A stretch of 64,000 nt of DNA from Dictyostelium discoideum (GCA_000004695.1 CM000152.2:480001-544000), one strand, 5' to 3'; shown: positions 13,820 to 26,079, counted from the first letter of the stretch. Made by a program: numbers and translations. The notes: generated by a model from the letters alone, not told the origin.

Positions 13820-14218
13820 ATTATTGTTATTATTATTTAAATTATTAATAAAATTTTTATTATTAATAATATTATCATTAAAGTTATTTATATTTTTCAT
13901 TGTATTGTTGATGAATATTTCATTTTGAAATATGTGTTGAGATAAGGGTGATAATGGTGGTGATAGGGATGATGGTGATAATGGTGGTGATGAGGTTATA
14001 TTATGGCCATTAAATAATCCATTATTTTGATTATTATTAAATTGATTATTGTTATATTGATTATTTATGAGATTGTTGTTATTATTTTTTATCATTTGAT
14101 TATCGTGGTGGTTATAACCAAAAGAAATTGAACAATTATTTTTTGAATGAATCATCAATAATTTTGATGATTCATTTGAAAGTGATAAAAGATTATTATT
14201 TTTTTGTTCAAATTTCAT
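12709..14218 (-). CDS. Asn-rich nuclear-type protein with C-terminal Cys/His PHD-like (extended-PHD/zf-HC5HC2H-like, degenerate) region; 2 exons, ~467 aa
   Basis: complement join(13143..14218,12709..13036). Exon 1 is ORF 13139..14218 up to ...KPIW, with donor TG|GTAAGT (plus 13137-13142). The acceptor TATATAG|G at plus 13036 joins in frame to ORF 12709..12918. The C-terminal segment YCMVCEKG...KPIWSHIIYVALYS...C..H...C resembles the C.LC..G...KWAHV.CAL core of extended PHD fingers. The domain assignment is tentative. Confidence 0.45.
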
Positions 14219-14317
14219 TTTTATTTTTTATTTTTTATTCTATTTTTAATTTTTTTTTTTTTTTTTTTTTATTTTTTTTTTTTCAGAGTATTATTATTAT
14301 AAAATTATTTTAAAAAA

Positions 14318-14385
14318 ACAAAATAAAATAAAATAAAATAAAATAAAATAAAATAAAATAAAATAAAATAAAATAAAATAAAAAA
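14318..14385. repeat. (AAAAT)n microsatellite, ~13 units
   Basis: Direct reading of aaaataaaataaaat.... Confidence 0.9.
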
Positions 14386-14835
14386 TGTAAATATATAAAT
14401 ATGTATATATATAAATAATTAAAAATAAGATATTAATTAATATTAATCTTTATTGATTGTTTATTATTTTTTTTATTTTTTTATTTTATTTTCCAAGATG
14501 GATTAAATTTAAATGTGGAGTAGTTGAAAAAGTAAATAACAATAAAAAAAAAATAACAAGAATTGAGTAGTTGATTTTTTTTTTTTTAGAAAAAGCTATT
14601 TTTTTTTTAAAAAATTAAATCTAAAAAAAAAAAAATAAATAAATAAAAAAAAAAAAAAAAAAATTAAAAACTTAAAAATATCTAAAAACTGTGTGAGTAC
14701 TCATTTTAGTTTGTTTTATATTATGAATATGAATCACAGTGAACCTTGGCTAGCGCATTTTAGATCACAATACAGGATAATCATTATTTTTATTTTTTTT
14801 AAATTATTATTTATTTTTTTTTTAAAAAAAGGAAA

Positions 14836-14867
<32 letters not shown>

Positions 14868-15034
14868 CGATAATATTTCAAAACAGTTTATTGGTTGTTG
14901 GTTATTTGTTAATGTGAAAATTCACCGTACAATATAAAAAAAAAAAAAAAAAAATTTTATATTATCATATATATATATATATTATGAATAACATTTATTT
15001 ATTTGAATTTCCCAAATATTTAAGATAATTTTTT

Positions 15035-15060
15035 AGAATGTTCTAGAACATTCGAAGAAT
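15035..15060. promoter_or_regulatory. Heat-shock element (nGAAnnTTCn x5) in left ITR
   Basis: agaatgttctagaacattcgaagaat carries five contiguous alternating GAA/TTC pentamers and lies 44 bp upstream of the ATG at 15104. Confidence 0.6.
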
Positions 15061-15103
15061 AAAAAAATTTTCGAAAGAAAAGTAAAAATTTCGAACCGGC
15101 ACA

Positions 15104-15607
15104 ATGACTCGATCATTGTGTAAGGTCGAAAAACTGAAAGGTCTCATTATTACTACTGACTCAATTAAAGGTCCAGTTATTAATGCTAAAGAACAAAGAA
15201 GTGGTGTTGTTTCAATATTAGAATTAACATCGTTAGATGATACAAACTCTCAAGTATGCCCTGTTCGCCACCTTGCAACATACCTTAGAGCCTCTAAAGG
15301 AAAAAGAAAGCCCCATTCGGGTGACTCTGTCTTTATTAAGAATGAGGGTGAACCGCTTCTAGTTAATGATATTAACTCAATTGTACTATCAACACTCTCA
15401 AAGTCAGGTATTGATATTGTCAAGTTCAAATCTCACTCTACCCGTTCCGCTATGGCTTCTTTGCTGTTGTCCAATAACTTTTCGTTCCACGTTGTTAAGA
15501 AGATGGGTCGTTGGAAATCAAATGATACTGTAGATACCTTCTACGATAAAAGAATCATTGGTGAAAAATCTGGTGGTTTCTTAAATACTGTCGTCCAAAT
15601 TTCATAA
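15104..15607 (+). CDS. Tyrosine recombinase (DIRS-type) C-terminal fragment, 167 aa; ATG lies inside the left ITR
   Basis: ORF 15104..15607 contains the catalytic signature H-x-x-R (HSTRSAMAS) and the terminal Tyr box (VDTFYDKR), i.e. the R-H-R-Y C-terminal half of a phage-integrase-family recombinase, but none of the N-terminal half. The start codon and first 12 codons are encoded within the ITR (15104-15140). Confidence 0.6.
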   Translation: MTRSLCKVEKLKGLIITTDSIKGPVINAKEQRSGVVSILELTSLDDTNSQVCPVRHLATYLRASKGKRKPHSGDSVFIKNEGEPLLVNDINSIVLSTLSKSGIDIVKFKSHSTRSAMASLLLSNNFSFHVVKKMGRWKSNDTVDTFYDKRIIGEKSGGFLNTVVQIS

Positions 15608-15929
15608 TATATATATATATATGATAATATAAATTAAAAATTTAATTTATTAAATTATATTTTATATTAAATATATATATATATATTAGTCCCATCCCAC
15701 CCGCCCTTAGTCGGAATTCCATAAATCAAATTGTTTTAGTTTTTTGTGCCACTATTTATACGTTTTTATTTTCTTAAAAATTTCGCAAAACTCAAAAAAA
15801 TAAGAGTTTTCGACCCTTCACAACTTTGTGCATAGTGTCGGTTCGGAATTTTTCAGTTTTTCGACCTTACACAATGATCGCGTCATTGTGCCGGTTCGAA
15901 ATTTTTACTTTTCTTTCGAAAATTTTTTT

Positions 15930-15955
15930 ATTCTTCGAATGTTCTAGAACATTCT
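15930..15955. promoter_or_regulatory. Heat-shock element copy in right ITR (inverted)
   Basis: attcttcgaatgttctagaacattct is the reverse complement of the left-ITR element. Confidence 0.55.
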
Positions 15956-16503
15956 AAAAAATTATCTTAAATATTTGGGAAATTCAAATAAATAAATGTT
16001 ATTCATAATATATATATATATATTTAATATAAAATATAATTTAATAAATTAAATTTTTAAATCTTGGCCCATTGTCAAAAAAAAAAAAAACCTCTCATAT
16101 TTTTTTTGGGGCCTCAATCGTTATTTTTCATATGAAAAAAGTTTTAAAAAATTAAAATTTTTTTTTCAAGATATTTTCTAAATAGTGCAAAAATTTTTTT
16201 TTTTTTTTTTTTTTCATTTTTTTTTTTTTTTTTTTTAAAATATTTTTCCGTGTCCTTGGGTTTAACAACTATTAAAAAAAAAAAAAAAATAAAATAATAT
16301 TCAAAAAAATGAACCACTTCCATAGTGATGCTGGCAAAATTAAAATATATTTTTTCTATCTTTGTTGCGCCATATTTCTAATAATTTTTAAAAATGATTA
16401 TTAATATCTAAATCAGCTCACTTGATTGGATGTGAGTGTCTTTTTGTTTCGTTTCATTTTTTAAATATTACTCTACACGATTATCAAGATGATTTTCTTT
16501 TTT

Positions 16504-16542
<39 letters not shown>

Positions 16543-16696
16543 TGGATTATATATAGTATTTTTTTTATCCAAAAATTTTTTTTTTTTTTTTTTTTTTAAT
16601 ACATTATAATAATTTCTTTCTTTGTTTTTGAGAAAAAAAATAAAAAAAAAAAAAAAAAAAAAAAAATATTCAAGTAAATAAAAAAAATTAATAAAA

Positions 16697-16727
<31 letters not shown>

Positions 16728-17234
16728 AACCTATTTTGATTGGATTTCAAAGGCAATTTTAAAAACAACCAATAAAATTATACCATTTTTATTGATTTTG
16801 ATTATTTCTTTTTTTTTCTCTTATTTCCCAATAATTAAATATCTAACAATAATTTTTTAAAATTTTTTTTTTTTATTTTATTTTATTTTTTTTTTTTTCT
16901 TAAAAAATTTTGTTTGTCTTTTTTGATGTATCTGGCCAATATCTCAAAGGTTTTGATTTTTTCTTTTAATTTTTTTTTTTTTTTTTTTTTTTAAAAATTT
17001 TATTTTTATTATTATTTTATTTTTTTTTTTTTTTTTTTTTTATCCTATCAATTTTTTTCTTTTTTTTCCTAAATGTTATTTGTAAAAAATAGAGTACAAT
17101 TAATTTAAAGAAATGATTCTTTTTTTTTTTTTTTTATTCATTTTTTCCATTTTTATTAATTGTAATAATTAACGAACAATTTTATTCTAATAATATACAC
17201 ACGCCCATTTTTTTTAATTTTTAATATTGTTTTG

Positions 17235-17266
<32 letters not shown>

Positions 17267-17772
17267 AAAAATTGAAAAGAAAAAAAAGTATATATAAAAA
17301 AACAATCTCATCTAATTGTTACAAAAATACTTTTATTACTTGACATTTCAATATAATTTTGCTTAAAATATTAATTTACCCTAATATATTACATGCACTC
17401 GAAAATGTAAAAAAATAAAAAAATTGAACCATATTAATTATAATTACACCCTTTAAAATTTTAAAAAACACAAGCTATAAATACAAGCTGTTGGGTTAAT
17501 AATTATATGTGGGGAGGTGGGTTAATTTTTTTAAATTGGATTCCTAAATTTTAAAATTATAATTTGATCGTGTAAAAAAAAAAAAAAAAAAAAAAAAAGA
17601 AAATAAAATAAAATTGAATAAATAAAAATAAAAAAAAAAAAAAAATTAAATATATATATACACACACATACACACACACTCATATATAAATAATTAATGA
17701 TAAAAAAATCTACACAAAGTATTTTTTTTTATATTTTTATTTATTAAATTTTATTGTTTGATTTTTTTTTTT

Positions 17773-17810
<38 letters not shown>

Positions 17811-18290
17811 AGTATTATTTTTCTTTTAAAAATTTATTCCCTTTAATATAAACATTAAAAACTTTCGCAATTTTTAAACATATAGGAACCAAACTTTAAT
17901 AATAATAAAAAAATAAATAAATAAATAATAAAAAAAAAAAAAAAAAAAAAAAATATAAAAAACTATTTTAAAGTATGTAAAAAATAAAAATAAAAAAAAT
18001 AAAAATTAATTATATGATTATATTTACTTACCTCATTAATATTATTTTTTTTATTATTTGTTTTCAAAAAAAAAAAAAAAAAAAAAAAGAATTTTTTATT
18101 TTTTTATTTGTTTTATTTTATTTTATTTTTATTTATTTATTTTTATTTTGTATTTGATTAAGTTTGTTTTTTTTTATTTTTCATTTTTTAAAACATTTTT
18201 TTCTAAACATTTTTTTTTTAATTTTTTTTATTCATTTTTATTTATCTATCTATTTATTTATTTTTTTATTCATTTATTTGTAATGAAAAA

Positions 18291-19717
18291 ATGAAAGTAT
18301 TACAAGAGATTAATCTTACATATAGTATATTGGTTATTGCCGATTTTTCATCAATATTTGGATGTTTATTAGTTTTAATAGCATTTAAAAAATTAAAACT
18401 TCTTCGTAATCATATTACACGTGTTATTGCATGTTTTTGTGTATCATCATTATTAAAAGATATAATATCAACAGGACTCACTCTTTCATTAGGTCCACAA
18501 AATGAAGCTGGTTCAACATCTTTCCAATGTTATTTATATGCAATAACTATTACATATGGTTCATTAGCTTGTTGGTTATGGACATTATGTTTAGGTATAT
18601 ATATATTTATATATATTTATATAATTATTTAAAAAAGTTTATATAACTAACTGAAAACTTTAATTTTTATTTTTTATTTTTATATACAGCATTCAGTATT
18701 TATAATTTAATTGTTAAAAGAGAACCGGAACCAGAGAAATATGAAAAATTTTATCATGGAGTTTGTTGGACCATACCATTAATTTGTGTAATTGTTATGT
18801 TAGCAAAGAAAACAATTGAACCAGTTGGTAATTGGTGTTGGATTAGTGAGAAATATGTTGGATATAGATTTGGGTTATTTTACGGACCATTCTTTGCAAT
18901 TTGGATAATATCAGCAGTATTGGTTGGTTTAACATCCAGATACACCTATTCAGTGATTAGAAATAGTGTAAGTGATAACAAGGATAAACATATGACCTAC
19001 CAATTCAAATTAATCAATTATATCATTGTTTTCCTCCTATGTTGGGTATTTGCAATTGTTAATAGAATTTTAAATGGACTTGGTTATTACCCAACCCTTC
19101 CAAATATTCTACATACCTATTTCAGTGTATCACATGGCTTCTTTGCTTCGGTCACCTTTATTTATAATAATCCATTAATGTGGAGATATTGGGGTTCAAA
19201 AATATTTTTAATATTTGCAAAGTTTGGTTACTTTGTTGAACTACAAAGAAGATTAGATAGAAATAAAAATAATAATAATCCATCTCCAATTTTAAATTCA
19301 TATGCTGCAACAGTTTATCATTCTTCAACAATTGAATCATTATCATTACAACATAATAATGATATTTCAAATGATAATCAACAACAACAACAACAACAAC
19401 AAACACCCCAACAACCTCAACAACAATTTCAACAACAACAATCACCAACTGTAATTGAAATGCAAAATTTAAAACAGGATCAAAATATTGAAAATAATGA
19501 ACAAAATGAAAATTGTTATAATACAATTGATACAAATATAGAAATTAATACAAATAAATTAAATGATAATTCTTTTGAAATAACGCAACCTTCAAATGAT
19601 TTAAATACTATTGAAAATAATAATAACTATAATAATAATAATAATAACAATAATAATAATTCATTAGTAATAGAAAAGGAAAAAGATGAAAGAGAAAAAA
19701 AAGATAATAAGTTTTGA
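18291..19717 (+). CDS. carD: cAMP receptor, cAR family (class E GPCR); 2 exons, 443 aa, the size of cAR4
   Basis: join(18291..18594,18690..19717). Donor TTA G|GTATAT, acceptor TATACAG|CA. The product carries cAR-family signatures I recall from cAR1: [85 protein letters not shown] and [27 protein letters not shown]. The paralog assignment rests only on the predicted length (443 aa) matching what I recall for cAR4. Confidence 0.8.
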
Positions 19718-19807
19718 AAAAAAAAAAAAAAATGTAAAATAAACTATATAATAAAATGTCCGAATAAATAACTTCTTAATTTTTTTAATATTTTTTTTTA
19801 TTTTAAT

Positions 19808-21412
19808 TTATTTATTTTTATTATATAATTTTGGAATTATTGATTTTCTTTTTAATAGTATAATAAATAAAGAAATTATAAAAACTAAAACAGATATATT
19901 TGTTAATGTATAAAAAGCAGACATTGCTGAAGTAATTGGATATTCTTTATCAACTTGATTATTGACTGAATTTGTAAATTTTGTAAAATCCTCTTCTTTT
20001 TGATTTGGATTAATTTCATTTTGTATTGAATTACGATGATTATGATTTTCAATTAATTGATTTATTGATTTTTGATAAAATATTTTTTTTTCAATATATA
20101 TATATCCCTTATTATTCATTAACTTTACAAATGTGTATTCTAGTGTTTCATTATGAATTGGACCAATATAACATGTTAATTCATCAAATAAAATTTTATT
20201 ACTATTATCATTATTATTATCATTATTATTATTTTTATTATTATTATTGTTATTATTATTATTTATTATACCTATGGTATCGTATGATACCTTTTTAAAA
20301 TTAATAATTGATGATGAACATTGTTCATCACCAATTAAAACTATTATATCTAAATTAAAATGTAAACCATAAATTGTAATTACTCCACCATCTCTTGATA
20401 AACCTTTAATTGATTTTATATCTGGTAATTGGTATGAAAATTGTAATTTATTTTCAACAGAATTTATTAATATATTATTTAAATATACTTTTACTGGAAT
20501 TAATTTTCCATCATGTACACCATCTGGTAATGTTGCTTCAATTAAATTTGAATTTAAAATTCTTACATTTGAACAATACTTTTCACCAACTTGTACTGAA
20601 AAATTACCTTTTAAATTGTTACCATTAATTATCAACTTTCCATTCTTTATTAATAATGATGATAATTCTTTATTTAAACTTAATATTTCAATATTATTAT
20701 TGTTATTATTATTATTAATATTAATTAATTTATCATTTTGTTTTTTATTATTATTATTATTATTATTTAAAATTAAATTAATTGGTAATGATTTATTATA
20801 ATTCCAATTAATTACTAAATATAATTGAGTATTGGTTAATAAATTTATTGTTGATTTTGGTATTTTAAAATTAATTTCATTTTCGTTTATTAAAGTATTA
20901 GAATTTAATATTAAAATTTCATCAGTATTATTCCCAGTCCATAATATGAAATTTGTATCGAAATTTAAATAATACCCATTTAATTTTAAAATACCATCAT
21001 TTGTTAAAATTAAATTTGATATTATTGGATATGGATGAACTGATTCAATTAATATAATACCACATTTACTACTACTACCTTGATTATTGATTTGATTTGT
21101 TACTAAACATGCGTCAATTGAATGTGCATTTAATTGATTTTTATATTTACTTGATTCAAAAGTACATTCTCTATAGATATCATTCACTATTTTACAATCA
21201 AAACCAATTGTTATTGTTGGTTTTGAAAATTCAATATCACTATAAAGTGTCCAATTACTATAATAAGCATTATTTATATCTGTTTTTATTTTAATATATT
21301 CTTTATTAATTTGAAATTCTTTTATTATAGGTATATAATCAATTAATTCACATTTTATAATATTAATAAATATAAATATTAAAAAAATTATAAAATATTT
21401 TAAATTATTCAT
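19808..21412 (-). CDS. Type I membrane glycoprotein (signal peptide, Asn-rich ectodomain with possible IPT/TIG-like beta-sandwich repeats, single C-terminal TM), 534 aa
   Basis: Single ORF 19808..21412. N-terminal signal peptide MNNLKYFIIFLIFIFINIIKC; many N-glycosylation sites; C-terminal TM ISVLVFIISLFIILL followed by a basic tail KRKSIIPKLYNKNK. Confidence 0.5.
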   Translation of the reverse strand: MNNLKYFIIFLIFIFINIIKCELIDYIPIIKEFQINKEYIKIKTDINNAYYSNWTLYSDIEFSKPTITIGFDCKIVNDIYRECTFESSKYKNQLNAHSIDACLVTNQINNQGSSSKCGIILIESVHPYPIISNLILTNDGILKLNGYYLNFDTNFILWTGNNTDEILILNSNTLINENEINFKIPKSTINLLTNTQLYLVINWNYNKSLPINLILNNNNNNNKKQNDKLININNNNNNNNIEILSLNKELSSLLIKNGKLIINGNNLKGNFSVQVGEKYCSNVRILNSNLIEATLPDGVHDGKLIPVKVYLNNILINSVENKLQFSYQLPDIKSIKGLSRDGGVITIYGLHFNLDIIVLIGDEQCSSSIINFKKVSYDTIGIINNNNNNNNNKNNNNDNNNDNSNKILFDELTCYIGPIHNETLEYTFVKLMNNKGYIYIEKKIFYQKSINQLIENHNHRNSIQNEINPNQKEEDFTKFTNSVNNQVDKEYPITSAMSAFYTLTNISVLVFIISLFIILLKRKSIIPKLYNKNK

Positions 21413-21436
21413 TTATTTATTTTTTATTATTTATTT

Positions 21437-21476
<40 letters not shown>

Positions 21477-21480
21477 AAAG

Positions 21481-21517
<37 letters not shown>

Positions 21518-21816
21518 ACTAAAAAAAAAAAAAAATATTGTTTTCAATTTAATTAAAGATAAAAAAAAAAAAAAAAAAAAAATATTCTACTAAAAAAAAA
21601 AAAAAAAATAAAAATAAATATATGTATATATATATATACTCACACAATTGTGTGTGTGTGTGTATGTGTGATTTGTTTCTTTTTTTGGGTTTTTAAATCT
21701 TTTTTTTTTTTTTTTGTAATTTCAAAAAAATATTTTTTTTTTTTTTTTTTTTTTTTATTTTTTTTTAAACAGTTTTAATGCATGATTAAATATTTTTTTT
21801 ATTTTTTTTTTTATTT

Positions 21817-22425
21817 TTAAATTTTTATAAATTTATTAAATAATTTAATTATTTTGTTTTTTTGATTTAAATTTCTTAAAACTTTTTTATATTCTTTACA
21901 ATTTTTAATTATTTGTTTTTCTTTATTTTCAATTGTTTCAATTAATAAATGAAAAATTGAACAAACTGATGATAAATTTTTAGAAGATGTAATTATTGTT
22001 GGTGCATCAAATACTTTTGATAATTCCAAAACTTCATTTTTTGAAATTTGATTTTTCAAATCAGATTTATTTGCAACCAATATTATTGGTGGCATAATAT
22101 TACTTGATTTAAAATTTGATTTTATTAAATCTTTATAAACTTGAATTTTGTCTATTGATTCTCTATCATTTAAAGAATAAACAATTATAAAACATTGTAC
22201 ATTTGAAATCGTATCTGGTACCAAACAATTATATTCCTCTTGACCAGCTGTATCGTTACAACAAATTGTATATAATTTATTTTTGTATGAATATAATTTA
22301 TTACATTTATTTTCTATTGTCGGTATATATGAATCTTCAAAATATGAATTCATAAACATATTAATTATTGATGATTTTCCAGTTTTTGCTGCTCCCAAAA
22401 TTCCACAATTTATAATTTTTCTCAT
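21817..22425 (-). CDS. Ras-family small GTPase (no CAAX box), 202 aa, single exon
   Basis: G1 GILGAAKTGKSS, G3 DTAGQE, G4 ANKSD, G5-like SSK. Intact ORF 21817..22425. Confidence 0.6.
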   Translation of the reverse strand: MRKIINCGILGAAKTGKSSIINMFMNSYFEDSYIPTIENKCNKLYSYKNKLYTICCNDTAGQEEYNCLVPDTISNVQCFIIVYSLNDRESIDKIQVYKDLIKSNFKSSNIMPPIILVANKSDLKNQISKNEVLELSKVFDAPTIITSSKNLSSVCSIFHLLIETIENKEKQIIKNCKEYKKVLRNLNQKNKIIKLFNKFIKI

Positions 22426-22972
22426 TTTTTTTTTTTTTTTATTTTTATTTTTATATTTTTTTTTTTATTATTTTTTATTGGAAATTCCCCAAATTCAAAG
22501 ATTTAAAAATTTTTGAGTTTATTATTTATTTATAAATATTTTTATTTTTTATAATTTTTATTTTTTTTGTATTTTAATAGTTTTTTTAAAATTTTGTTTT
22601 ATTTTTGTGGAAAATAAATAAATAAATAAATAAATAAATGAATAAATAATAAAAAAATAAAATAAAAATGGAAATAAAAAAAAAAAAAAAAAAATATCTT
22701 TAAATTGTTATATGTATTATACAATATATCAAAACTGAAAATGATGATCAAACAAAAACAGTTTATTTTTGTTGTTACCGTCGTTGTTGGTAAAATATCT
22801 ATTTTTGATACTAATACAAAATCATATCACAAAACACACCATATTAAAATACTAACACACACAAACACATACACATTTTATTTTTTTTTTAAATACAACA
22901 AAAACAATTCATATTATTATTATTTTAAATTTAGGTTTAAAAATAACATTAATGAATACAAAATATTTGCCA

Positions 22973-23011
<39 letters not shown>

Positions 23012-24082
23012 TTTAACCACTTTTGGTGTTTTGTTTTTTGTTGCACACAATAATTTTGTAATACAAATTTGTACTTTTTTGGAAAATTTAGTGGTGAATT
23101 TTATTTTTTTTTATATATAAAAAAATTATTTCAATTATTTGAAATAAATAATAATAATAGAACCTCATATAAGAATATTATATAAATAAAAAAAATGTAT
23201 GAAATATAAATAGAAATTATATATATATTTTTTTTTTAATTTTTTCAAATTTTTAAAGTTAAAAATACAAAATACCAAATAAATTTTTCATACCTTTAAT
23301 TATTATTATTATTATTATTATTTTAATTTTATACTATTATTTTTATATTGTTATTGTTATTATTTTTATTTTTTTCTTTATTAGTATTATTATTATTATT
23401 ATTATTATTTTAATTTTTTTCTTTTTTTATTTTTTTTTTTATTTTTTTTTTATTATGATTTTACTTTTGATAAAAACTTAATATAATTTCTTATTATTTT
23501 AATTACTAATATACCTAATTTATTAATAAATTTTTTAATTTTATTTTATTTAATTTTTATTTATTTTTCATTTTCTTAATAAAATTTTATATCTTGATTA
23601 AATTTCTTTTTTTTATTTTTTTTTTTATTTTTTTAACGATAAAAATAATTTTCAATATTTTTTTATTCCCTAAAGTTATTTTTAGTGCTATGTGGTGATA
23701 ATTTCATTATATCCAATTTTATTTTTCTTAAATTTTAAAAAAAAAAAAATAAAAAATAAAAAGAGATATATAAAAAAAGGATTCGTTGTATTATTATTAA
23801 TTACAATTTTATTATCGAATAACAATATTATAACATCATTTTAAATACTTTTTTATATTATTTCATAGACCCCCCCATACAATAATCTATTTTTAAAAAA
23901 CAATTAATATTAATATAATCACGCTATTTTCTAAACACACAATAAACACACCCAAGCACCCACCATTTTTTTTTTATTTTTTAATTTTATTTTTATTTTT
24001 ATTTTTATTTTTTTTTTTTTTTCCAATATTTGATACAGACAAAATGTATATTCATCTAAAAAAAATTTTTTTTTTTTTGTTT

Positions 24083-24119
<37 letters not shown>

Positions 24120-24186
24120 TATTTTTAATTTAATATATTTCAATTACAAAAAAGAACACACACATTCACACAATAAAGAATCAAAT

Positions 24187-24217
<31 letters not shown>

Positions 24218-24441
24218 CAATTTGATAATAATAAAAATTAAAAATATATATTTTATATCTTTTTGTAATTAATAATTATCTATAGTCGAAAAAAAAAATA
24301 AAAAATAAAAAATAAAAATAAAAAAAATTAAAACAAAAAACAAAAAAAAAACAAAAAAACAAATAATAGTAATAATAATAATAATTAAATAATAAATAAA
24401 AAGATCAATTTTTTTTTTTTGAAAATAAAAAAAAAAAAAAA

Positions 24442-24843
24442 ATGGAAAATTTAAATACAACAAGTACGGCAGCATTAACTGGTATGACAAAACAAGAGAA
24501 TGATGCATCATATGCAGTTCTATTGATTGCAGATTTTACATCAATAATTGGTTGTACATTAGTTTTATTAGGTTTTTGGAGATTAAAATTACTTCGTAAT
24601 CATATTACAAAAATAATTACCTTTTTTTGTTCAACATCATTAGCCAAAGATTTAATATCAACAATTTTAACATTGATTGAAAAGAAACAATCAAATGGGT
24701 CATTCCAATGTTACCTTTACGCAACTGTTATCACTTATGGTTCATTGGCATGTTGGCTTTGGACATTATGTTTATGTAAGTATTTGTTATAGAAATAAAA
24801 ATAATAAAAATAATAAAATAATTTTAAAAATTATGTTTAGAAA

Positions 24844-24881
<38 letters not shown>

Positions 24882-25795
24882 AATTTAATTTTTATTATTA
24901 TTTAATATTAATATTATTATTATTTCTATTACTTTTACAGCATTTAGTATTTATAATTTAATTGTAAAGAGAGAACCAGAGCCAGAGAAATTTGAAAAAT
25001 ATTATCATGTTTTTTGTTGGGTTGTACCATTTATAATGTCAGTGATAATGTTGTCAAAGGGTGTTATAGAGGTGACGGGTAATTGGTGTTGGATTGGTAA
25101 CACTTATGTTGGGTATAGATTTGGCTTGTTTTACGGACCATTTCTTGCAATTTGGTTCCTTGCTGCCGTGTTGGTTGGTTTGACTTCGAGGTATACCTAT
25201 AAGGTGATTAGAAGTAGTGTTAGTGATAATAAGGATAGACATATGACCTACCAATTCAAGTTAATCAATTATATAATTGTTTTCCTTTTATGTTGGGTGT
25301 TTGCTGTTATTAATCGTATTGTCAATGGCTTGAATATGTTTCCAGCTTGGGTTAGTATTCTTCACACCTATCTAAGTGTATCGCATGGTTTCTATGCTTC
25401 GGTGACTTTTATCTATAATAATCCATTGATGTGGAGATATTTAGCATCAATAATTTTAATTCCATTCACAAAGTTTGGTTATTTTGTTGAAACTCAACAA
25501 AGATTAGAAAAAAATAAAAATAATAATAATCATTCACCAGTTGGGTTATCAAATAATGCTCAAAATAATAATCATCATCATAATCATAATAATAATCACA
25601 ATAATAATCATAATAATCATAATAACAATAATAATAACAATAATAGTGATTTCGTTAATAATGACTCAAGTAATTATTATACTGCTTCAATGATTGAATC
25701 ATTCTCTGTTCAAAATGAAAATTCAAAATCTATAAATGGTGCTGATAATTTTAAACAAAATGGTGCAAGTCAACAAGATGATAAAGATTCTCCAA

Positions 25796-25878
<83 letters not shown>

Positions 25879-26079
25879 TATAATAATAAAGATATTGAAC
25901 CAATTGACAATTGTAATACTAATTCCATACCAATGGATAATATTGCCACTAGAATTGAAATACCTCCACAACATCCAACATTAACTCCTCAACAATCATT
26001 ACAAGAAATTAATTTAAATGATGACGACAACAAAATTAATACTCACCAAAGTAACAAAAAAAAAGATTCAAATGTTTAA
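24442..26079 (+). CDS. carC: cAMP receptor, cAR family; 2 exons, 490 aa, the size of cAR3; His/Asn-rich C-terminal tail
   Basis: join(24442..24775,24941..26079). Donor TTA T|GTAAGT, acceptor TTTTACAG|CA. The cAR signatures match carD above and cAR1 almost residue for residue in TM1-TM7. The paralog assignment is by predicted length only. Confidence 0.8.

Larger units (their letters stand above)
14967..16023. mobile_element. DIRS-1-derived miniature (internally deleted) element bounded by ~173-bp near-perfect inverted terminal repeats containing heat-shock elements
   Basis: Left ITR ~14967..15140 and right ITR ~15851..16023 are reverse complements with a single mismatch in the ~172-bp core (gagtc vs gcgtc) plus one at the inner-end base. 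Each ITR contains the alternating GAA/TTC array aGAAtgTTCtaGAAcaTTCgaaGAAt, a canonical heat-shock element, as described for the DIRS-1 ITR promoter. The interior encodes the C-terminal catalytic half of a DIRS-type tyrosine recombinase. Confidence 0.7.

Noticed and set aside
13460-13928. ORF-track proteins made of poly-Ile / poly-Val / poly-Leu (13460..13840, 13716..13928)
   Set aside because: They are the antisense and shifted-frame readings of the (AAT)n/(AAC)n poly-Asn codon array inside the minus-strand gene 12709-14218; they have no complexity and no start context.
15690-15790. Possible second recombinase exon / additional DIRS ORFs inside the mini-element
   Set aside because: Only short stop-rich frames; sequence TAGTCCCATCCCACCCGCCCTTAGTCGGAATTCC looks like non-coding internal DIRS sequence rather than CDS.
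16030-18290. Possible additional transposon-related or coding sequence between the DIRS mini-element and carD
   Set aside because: No ORF >50 codons with complexity. The complex patches (16240-16500, 17300-17560) are more simply explained as promoter or intergenic sequence. No terminal repeats or recognisable protein motifs found.
25723-25984. Poly-Ile ORFs on both strands inside carC
   Set aside because: Alternative-frame translations of the (AAT)n tract encoding the cAR C-terminal poly-Asn region.
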